From the NCBI RefSeq assembly GCF_009914755.1, contig NC_060933.1: a stretch of 64,000 nucleotides of DNA; one strand, 5' to 3'. Shown piece by piece: positions 56,145 to 64,000 of the stretch. Under the pieces are notes generated by a model, which was not told where the DNA came from, did no database searches, and saw nothing but the letters and a program-made list of their open reading frames with translations. Every line of letters begins with the position of its first letter. Position 1 is the stretch's first letter. This stretch comes from the human T2T-CHM13v2.0 reference genome, Homo sapiens. The position numbers were made by a program, and so were the translations under genes.

Positions 56145-58789
56145 CTAGATATTGTTTATTTCTGACATCTGGACTGTCACAGATTAATTCCACCAGGAAA
56201 TGAGATCTCAATCTGGGTACTGTGTTTTTCGATGGGTTTAAAACTTGGGGAGGGAAGCGAGGTCTTCGTATTGGGCTTTCTCAAACCCCAGCACATCTCT
56301 CTTATTTCCACATTTACTTCACATATTTTAGAAATGAACTTTTTAGGTGGGGAAATAATTATCAGAAAGTGAGTGGTTATGACCACCCAAAGCAGTCTTC
56401 TATACAACCATGACGGAGGATATGTATTTGGGGTGAAATGATTGTTTTCATTAAATGGACCAAAAGATGGCTTTTAAGCCTGTAATTCTCATGGTAATTG
56501 TCATGTTCTGTTGCTATGAATCTATACTCTCTTTAAACGGAATCTTCAGTTTAGAGCTGTTTATATGTCTCTTTAGGTGGAGCCCTGAGGATAATTTGGT
56601 TAAACAAGCTCCTGAATACATTTTCCCCAAAGGCCATGTGCTATTAGAAGTTTTGTTGGGCAATTATGCAAGAAGGAAAAGGAAAAGAGGGAAAAACAAG
56701 ATATTACATGGGACATAGTTCAAGCCAACAACTGGTAGCCCTCAAGGCTATTTCAGACCATCAAATTATCTCTTACTCTGATTTTGATGCTCCATAATAA
56801 AATATATGATCCAACCTAAGCATCTTTTATGCCTTTACTGCAGTCTAACTCATATTCTCTAGATACTTAGAGCCAATTCAAAGCAGGTTTCCTTAATAAT
56901 TAAGGTCATGCAACCTACGTCACATAAAAGGCAGGATATCAATGATGAGCCACCCTGCTGAGAAATTAATCTTCAATCAACAAGTGTATATGTGTACTCT
57001 GGAAATCATTACCAATATTTCATGGTTTCTTTTACTGTAGAACTGTGGGTTATGTTACATGTCAAGATGAAATCAATGGGCTGAGAGGAATTTGGTCTTA
57101 AGGGCTTTGGAATGGTGTAACAATCAAGTTTTTCTTTCCCCTGCCTTACTGAACTATTATATTTGCAGAGCAAATTCTCCACATAAAATTCTATGTATTC
57201 TTCCAACCTAGCTCCTTTTTTTCCAAGTCCTCTTAGCTTAATCATTATATTTATTTTTTTATTACAACATGAATATATGCTCACTTTAGAATGCTGGAAA
57301 ATAGAAAACAAGAAAGATGAAAAATTGTTTCTAATCTCACCACTGTAACATTTTAGACTGTTTCCTACCAGCTTATTTAGGCTTAAAAAATAAAACTGAG
57401 TTTATTTTGTATTTGTAATTCTTTCTGCTTTTCCTGCTATTGTAGCAGACATTCATCATGTTGTTATAGCTATCCTTTACCATAATTTTCAATAATTGCT
57501 TAACCATTCTCCTCTTGCTAGGTATTTTATTTGGTGTCAATTTTTCATGTTTATAAAAGATTCCATAATTTATAGAACTGTATTCATGACACTAAAATTT
57601 CTATATTGCCTGTTAAAATTATATGTATGTATATATGCTTTTTTTTCTGATTAATTCCCTGAAGTAGAATTACTGGGTCAATGTTTCTTTTTAAATTTTC
57701 ACTTTTTTTGATTTAGGTCCAAAATGATTTGCTGGAAGCTTGAGAAAAATACACTCCCTTGGTCTGAGATTGCTCTGACAAGTAGAAGTGTGTTCTCCTC
57801 ATTTCAGGGAACATGATCAAGTTCCTTTTTGCTTTAGAATGTTTTGAGATGCTCTTCTTTCCCTGCCCTCCACTCCCCAACACATACAAAAACGCACACT
57901 CTTCAATCATGGAAAATGGAAAGTTTCTGCTTTTCTTGTCCTGGCCGGGAAAGAAATCTCTTGGCAATTTTGAACAATACAGTTGAAAGTAAAGGAGTTC
58001 TAATTGATTTTAAGGTGTTTCTTTTTCCTTTTTTCTTTCCTCAGGCATGCTATACACATTCGCTACTGAAATCAGTGTCCTCAAATGCCTGCGGCGTTCT
58101 AAACACACGGTGGGTCCTCATGGGATGGAAGAAAGTGCATTAGATTTGAAATGGGAATATCTGGCTCAGGCCCTGGTGGTCTGATGCCTCTATGTGTATT
58201 TCACACCATGTGAGGTAATTTATTTGAAACTCATCACCTTGTTCAGTCCTTGTAGTGATTCTCTGAGCTAGCAATTACCAATCCGATTAGATAGCTGGGG
58301 AAGCCAAGGTTTAGCAGGGTAAAACAATGATGCATGACTGGCACATGGTAGACTTTAGGAAGCTCAGTTCTCCTGATCTCAGTCATTTACTTTTCTCATT
58401 GTCCCAGACTGTTCTTATTATTCATGTTTCACTGGACAAGTACTTAACCTCCCTGAGTCTTAATTATATCTACCTCAGAGGGCTTTTGTGAGGATCAGAT
58501 GAAATCATTTAAATTGTATATGTTATTTAAAGTGGAATATAAGTGTTAGGAATTATGAATAAGCTAATTGAAAAAGATGACTAATATAACGTTTACTTAA
58601 ATGGCTTATATTGACTTCTGAAAAGTTTGATACTTAATTGCTTAGTTCCTATTTTACAAATTTTCATTTTATCTGTTTTCCTTTTTTGCTTTCCTTTGAT
58701 AAGCCCCGTGGACATTAGATGCAAAATCTTTCAATAATTAAATGTTAAGGTATTGGATTCAAGCACCTAAGAACTTTAAGTTCCTTTAA

Positions 58790-59021
58790 GACAAGTTTCT
58801 CAACTTTGTCACCACTGACATTTTTGGGTAGAATAATTTTTTGTTGTAGAAGCCTGGCTTGTATATTGCAGGGCACTTATCAGCTTCCTGGCCTCTACCC
58901 ACTCATTGCCAGTAGCACCCTTCCCCTAATTGTGACAATGAAAAAATATCTTCAGTTATTGCCAACTACCTTTTGGGGATGGGCCAGGGGATGCAAAGTT
59001 GCTTGCATTTGAGAACCACTG
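58790..59021. mobile_element. MER20 hAT element
   Basis: TTTCTCAAC...CACTGACATTTTTGGG...CCTGGCCTCTACCCACTCATTGCCAGTAGCAC...TTGAGAACCACTG. Confidence 0.88.
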
Positions 59022-60059
59022 TTGTAACAGAATGTCTGTCTCTTGAGAGGCAAATTTTATTCACTAGCATCTTGGTTTGATGTTTTTTTTTTTTCTTAAT
59101 ATGTCAAAAGTATACTGTAGAATAGTTTTGCAAAGGAAAATATCTTTAGCATGTGTTGCCTCAGTCTATTCAAATTTTACAACCTTGTTACTAGTTGGAC
59201 ATTATTTTTTTCCTGATTGCCCAAACAAATTTCACTGAAAGCCAATACCAAGATCTGAACATAAGATTATAAAAAAAGCAAGAAATAAGAAAAATACAAA
59301 TTCACACAATTACAATGAGAAACCTATTCTGAGAATAACAGCTTTTGTAAAATTTCCCATTTTTATTAAAATGTTGGTTCCAAGAATGGATTTGTGTTGT
59401 GCCATTTTCAGTTCTTGTTACTCTCATTGTCATAATAGGGAATGAGCCAAAATTGCAATGCTTTGGATAGTCTTGTCACTTGGAATAGTGTGGAGACCTG
59501 CTCTGACCTTCTGTTATTCCAGAGCAACAAGGAGGCATAGCCACTGACCAGAGAAGATGAAGCACTCTGGAGAGATCAAAGACCATCGGGCCTGAGTGGC
59601 TGTACAATTTCGCACTGGGGGTTCTATTCAGCAGTCTAAATTGCAGCTGGTCTGTCTGTCCAAAGCACAACATGGCACACAATTATGTAGCATCACTCAG
59701 CTTAGCAAAAAGCAGTTCGCATCAAAGGAACAACAGAATAGGAAGAGACCTAATATTTCTTGAAGCCTACTGTGTGCTAACTACTTGATGTGTGGTTTTC
59801 ATATACTCTTTGCACCAAACCTATGAGGTAAGTATTATTCAATCCAGGTTTTACTAAAGAAAGTAAAGTAACTTGCCTAAGATTAGGTAGAGCTGGAAGA
59901 CTCAGATCATGGCTTTAAAGCCTCTTAGCACTTCCCGCTAATATATTGACATATGACTTAATAATCTCATGAAAATCATTACTGTGTTATGAACTCAATT
60001 CCAAGATTTAAAACTGAAAGCATTATTTTAAAAAATGGTTTGTTACTTTTGGGGAGCAG

Positions 60060-60680
60060 AGAGTGAGCGCCACTACCAACTTCAAGAGTAGTCAGTAGGC
60101 AAAAGAAGAGCTCGGGCCGGGGCGGGGGTGCTGGTCATGATAGTGATTAAAAGTTCTCATCTTCCTCTTATAGGCAATTTGCTCTTCAAAAAACTCCGAG
60201 TCTGTGTGGTGTTGCCTACGTAAGTCACTGTTACCCTTCATTCTTCCTAAAGCAAGGTTTATTTATTTCGAATTATTCAACAAACAATTATGAAGCTTTG
60301 TTATGCAAAAGGAACTGAGCTAGGTGCTAGGAATAGGTATAAAACACAGGTCCTTCCTTCAAGGTCGCTTACAGTCCTGTAGAGGATATAAAAATGCTTA
60401 TTAATTTTTATAAAACTTAAGAGAAAATTGAAAGGGACTAAGAAATGTTGAGATGAAAGAAATGGTATAGTTTAGCGAAGGGCCACACACTCTGACTTGG
60501 AGATCGCAGCGTAGACTTTGAAAACAATTACAAGAGCAGGTGCTGAGCTGAGCAGAGCAGACTTAGAAAATAAATTTTGCGTAAAGGCAAAGGTCACTGA
60601 TGAATATCGGTTGATGACTCATCTCGCTTTTCTAACCTCACACCTCTGAGAAACCTGAGCGTTCTCTCTTCAGCCACTGT
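60060..60680. promoter_or_regulatory. Candidate enhancer/weak promoter region
   Basis: GC box GGGGCGGGG near 60119, locally retained CpGs, and a C/EBP + DR1 + AP-1 motif cluster at 60577-60621; motif-level evidence only. Confidence 0.35.
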
Positions 60681-61415
60681 AGGTTACAAACAAGCAGGAG
60701 CAATTGCCCATCTTAACACATGCTGGTATTTCCTTCCTGCAATGCTCTGGCCACACTTCTCTCTTTGTTTGTCTACATCACATCCTCACCTCTTTCATAA
60801 ATCATTTTAAACTTCTTCACTATCCACATACTTTTTTTCTTTGGACTTGCCCCCTCATCCCATTTCTACTGAAAAGACTGGCCTTAGACAACCTTATGTT
60901 CCATGGGATCTTCTCCTCGTCAGTTCACTGGACCAGAAGTTTATGTCTGTCCAAAGGGAAACCATTTGAGCCAAGCAGATTCTGTCTCTCAATAACGGAA
61001 CTAAGTGACACAGAACATTTTAAATGTCGGGAGAGATGGATCTGCTATGTGAGATTGACAGTAATGTTGTTCCAAGCCAAGGAGTTGAAAAGTAGAGAAA
61101 ATAAGAAAGCTGAGAGACACAAACTCAAGAGTGCATGCAACCTCTTAGAAAACAACTGAAATTGTTGGCTTTCAAAGTTACTTCTGGGTTACCGGGGGCT
61201 CAGTTGCTCTTAGGTCTCTGCTTTAGATTTTAAAAGTTTTATAACCTAACGTCAAGTTTCTCTTCTTAATTAACCAAGGCTAATTAGAAAGGGTTTCTCA
61301 TCCTTCCCACCCAATGGGCTTGGATCAAAATACCTGGCTATACTGATATTCCAATTTTCTGAATTTCCTTTCACGTAGTCTGCGCTATTCATTTTCTAAA
61401 TCTATCAGGTACCAC

Positions 61416-61802
61416 TGTATTGTATAGCCTGGCGTATACTCCATTGTTAGACGGAACTTGCAGATGCTTAGTATAGCAAAGGTGAGGTTTTTGCTCATGC
61501 TAAATGTCCCACACAGACTGGCAGGAGGCCTATGATCATCAAGTTATGCAGAAACTGAGGTTGATGGAGTCTCCTTCCCCATACATACCTCAGTGATCAC
61601 CAAACCAGGGCAAAGAGAACATGGTGAACAAAATGCTGGCTCTTCCAGATTCTACCTAGAGGTGATTCAGTGGCTTACATACATATTTCCTTGGTTAACA
61701 CAAATCACAAGACTAGGCTTAATTTCAAATGGGGTGGAAGTATAATTCTGTCCTCAGAAGAGACCTGACATATTTATTTTACAACTTTTAAGATTTTCAT
61801 AA
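61416..61802 (-). mobile_element. Old MaLR LTR (MLT1K/L-like)
   Basis: GCTCATGCTAAATGTCC, GGGCAAAGAGAACATGG, CATATTTCCTTGG...AAATCACAAGAC. Confidence 0.6.
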
Positions 61803-61819
61803 TCTCCTATAGTGGTACA

Positions 61820-61985
61820 ATGTGAGGCACATGACTTAGCCTCTTTCTGCCTCAGTTTTCCTTTCTTTAACATGAAGATAACAATAGTATTTACCTGTTA
61901 TGGGGATTAAATTTGATGATATATGTAAAGTGCTTTGGCATAGTGCCTAACTCATTGTGAATGCTGTGTAAGTATTAGCTGGTGC
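61820..61985 (+). mobile_element. MIR SINE
   Basis: TGCCTCAGTTTTCCTTTCTTTAACATGAAGATAACAATAGTA...GATTAAATTTGATGATATATGTAAAGTGCTT. Confidence 0.8.
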
Positions 61986-63629
61986 TACTTGTAAATACAT
62001 AGAGTTATTTGCTTGGAGTCATCTTTTCATTCACATTCCTACTATGAATCAAAACCCCCAAAGATACCACAGCTGGCATGCTTCAGGGATGACATCTTAG
62101 TAGAATTTCTTACTAATCTTTCATCTCTTATTCATATAGGGACAGAGATTTCAGCTCCTGGTTGTTTGTGCTGTCCTCTGCCCTTATAGCTTGGCTAACT
62201 TCTGAAAAATCAATTGTACTGCAAATGCTAGGCCATCACTTTTTCACTGCAGTACCTACCCTGTCTTCTGCATAAAATGGCATTCTAAATAACTGCTGAT
62301 GACTCAGAGGAATACACGTCTATTAGCTATTCATTGTGTCCATAATCCCCCCAAGAAAATGAATACAATGACAAGTGTTATATTGAATAACTGCAGAGGT
62401 TTGGATTAGGGATTTTTGTTCTTGTTTTCTGGGTGGACTCCCCTGAATAACTTATCACATTCATAACACTACAGGGAAGGAGTTTTCTCTTAGCTCAAAT
62501 TGCTCTGCTCAGTATAGCTTCAGGGGGAAAGCAGAGGGTTACCAGCTGTAGAAGGCCTGACATTAATTTCAGAGTTTATATTAGAAACCTTTCTACTCAG
62601 ACTGAGCACTGGTGAGGAGAAAGAAAAAAAAACTCTTTTAGAAAAGCAGCTGAGAATAAAAAATGGCTTCTATTCTAATAGAGAATAAATGTGGTCTGGC
62701 ATCAACAAGGGAATGGATAAAATGCAGTGTAATCAGAAAAATGCAGTTTCCAGCCTCATCCTGTGATCAAAGCAAAAGTCTGTTCTTTTGAATAGTTAGT
62801 TGCTCAGATATTTGCTTTAGCACGCCCACCAGGGGCCTCAGTGATTTTTTTTTTTTCTTTCCAGGAAGGATGGTAACTAGCACTTTGTGCTGCTGGGAGA
62901 GTGTATATTTACATGGTGTCCCCAGCTTTGTCTCTCTAAATGCACACAGCCTCCTTCTATTCTACCTGGAGCTGTGCCAACTGTAAGAGGCCCAAGCCAA
63001 TTATTGACCTAGAGGGGTTAGTGCCCACTGTGCTCTGCCCTCAACTAGATTCCCACCAGGTTCAGCTGGTGGCTTTTTTAAAAAAAGTATTTATCTCTAA
63101 TTCCTTGGGGATGCCATATTTCCTCTTTATTTTTCTTTCAGTGATCTTTTGTAACCTTTCTCCTCCCACCATTTCTCTTGATCTCAACTGGTCTTGCTTG
63201 GATTTCATATTTTGCTTGAGCGTCATCAGTCAGCAGGCTGGGTGTTATTTTGTACTCTTTCTTGATGGAGGAAAATAAGGTCAGACTAAACCAGGAGAAG
63301 GTGTGGGTGTCTGAGAGTCGCATTTGCTGGTAATGCTTCCCAAGTCCTCTAAAGATGTAGGGGATCTAAGCTGTAAGCTAACTAGTGGGCAGGTCATCCA
63401 TTGACTAGGTGTGATTGTGAACCAGCTTGGGTGCTACCTGGTTTATGTGCAACATTTTAATTGGCCCAACAACCCTATGAAGTGCTTACCATAGTTATCC
63501 CTACTTTACTGATATTGCAATGAAAACTCGGAAATGTTAAGGCACTTGTCCAAGTTCTAAACCATTATACTACATATTAGCCTCTCTGGATCTCAGTATC
63601 CTCCTATGTAAAATAAAAGGATTCATTTA

Positions 63630-63843
63630 AATTAGCTTCTCAACTTCAGCACTATTAATATTAGGGGCTAGATAAGTCTTTGGTGTCGGGAGCTGCCCTG
63701 TGCATTAGAGGATAGTTAGCAGCATTCTTGGTTTGTGATACTAACAGCACCTCCCTTCACCCACCTGGGACAAATAAAAATGTCACTAATCTTTGCCAAA
63801 TGTCCCTTGGGAGACAAAATTACTTCTGGTTTGAGAACCCTTG
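63630..63843. mobile_element. MER20 hAT element
   Basis: TTCTCAACTTCAGCACTATT...GCTGCCCTGTGCATT...TTGCCAAATGTCCCTTGGG...TTGAGAACC. Confidence 0.85.
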
Positions 63844-64000
63844 GCCTAAAAAAATTTCCATGATACTTTCTAGATTGAACTGTCTACTGTTCAATGTGTG
63901 CCTGCTTGGTTTCCTTCTCTCAGCTCTTCTTTCCTCTTACATTTTTATTCCTTTTCTTTAGCTTACCCATCCATAGTTTAGGGATAACAAAAGTGCCCGC

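Noticed and set aside
60704-61159. 151-aa ORF
   Set aside because: TTG start, no recognisable homology, no splice or Kozak support.

Overview
Human (hominin) nuclear non-coding DNA, most likely intronic or intergenic. The species call rests on two human-lineage Alu subfamilies: AluYb8 at 6655-6969 and AluYa5 at 35451-35745. The window is AT-rich with no CpG island. I found no supportable protein-coding gene, RNA gene or CRISPR array; the ORF track is explained by Alu/L1/LTR remnants and chance. Much of the window is recognisable transposon relics: six Alus, a near-full-length L1PA15/16-type element, several other L1 pieces, about nine solo LTRs (ERV1, ERVL, MaLR), MIR/L2 and hAT (MER) elements. 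Subfamily names are from memory of consensus sequences, not from a RepeatMasker run. I see no evidence for a new multi-gene biological system. The most interesting signals are: (i) DNA-repair/template-switch scars read directly from the sequence, namely a 49-bp-arm inverted duplication inside an L1, a ~145-bp copy of a nearby LTR pasted into an L1, and a nested mini-palindrome; (ii) two ancient twin-primed (5'-inverted) L1s, one with a preserved 15-bp TSD; (iii) candidate regulatory motifs, including a perfect DUX4 site in a THE1D LTR, paired/K50-homeodomain sites, a C/EBP-DR1-AP-1 cluster and CTCF-like sites.
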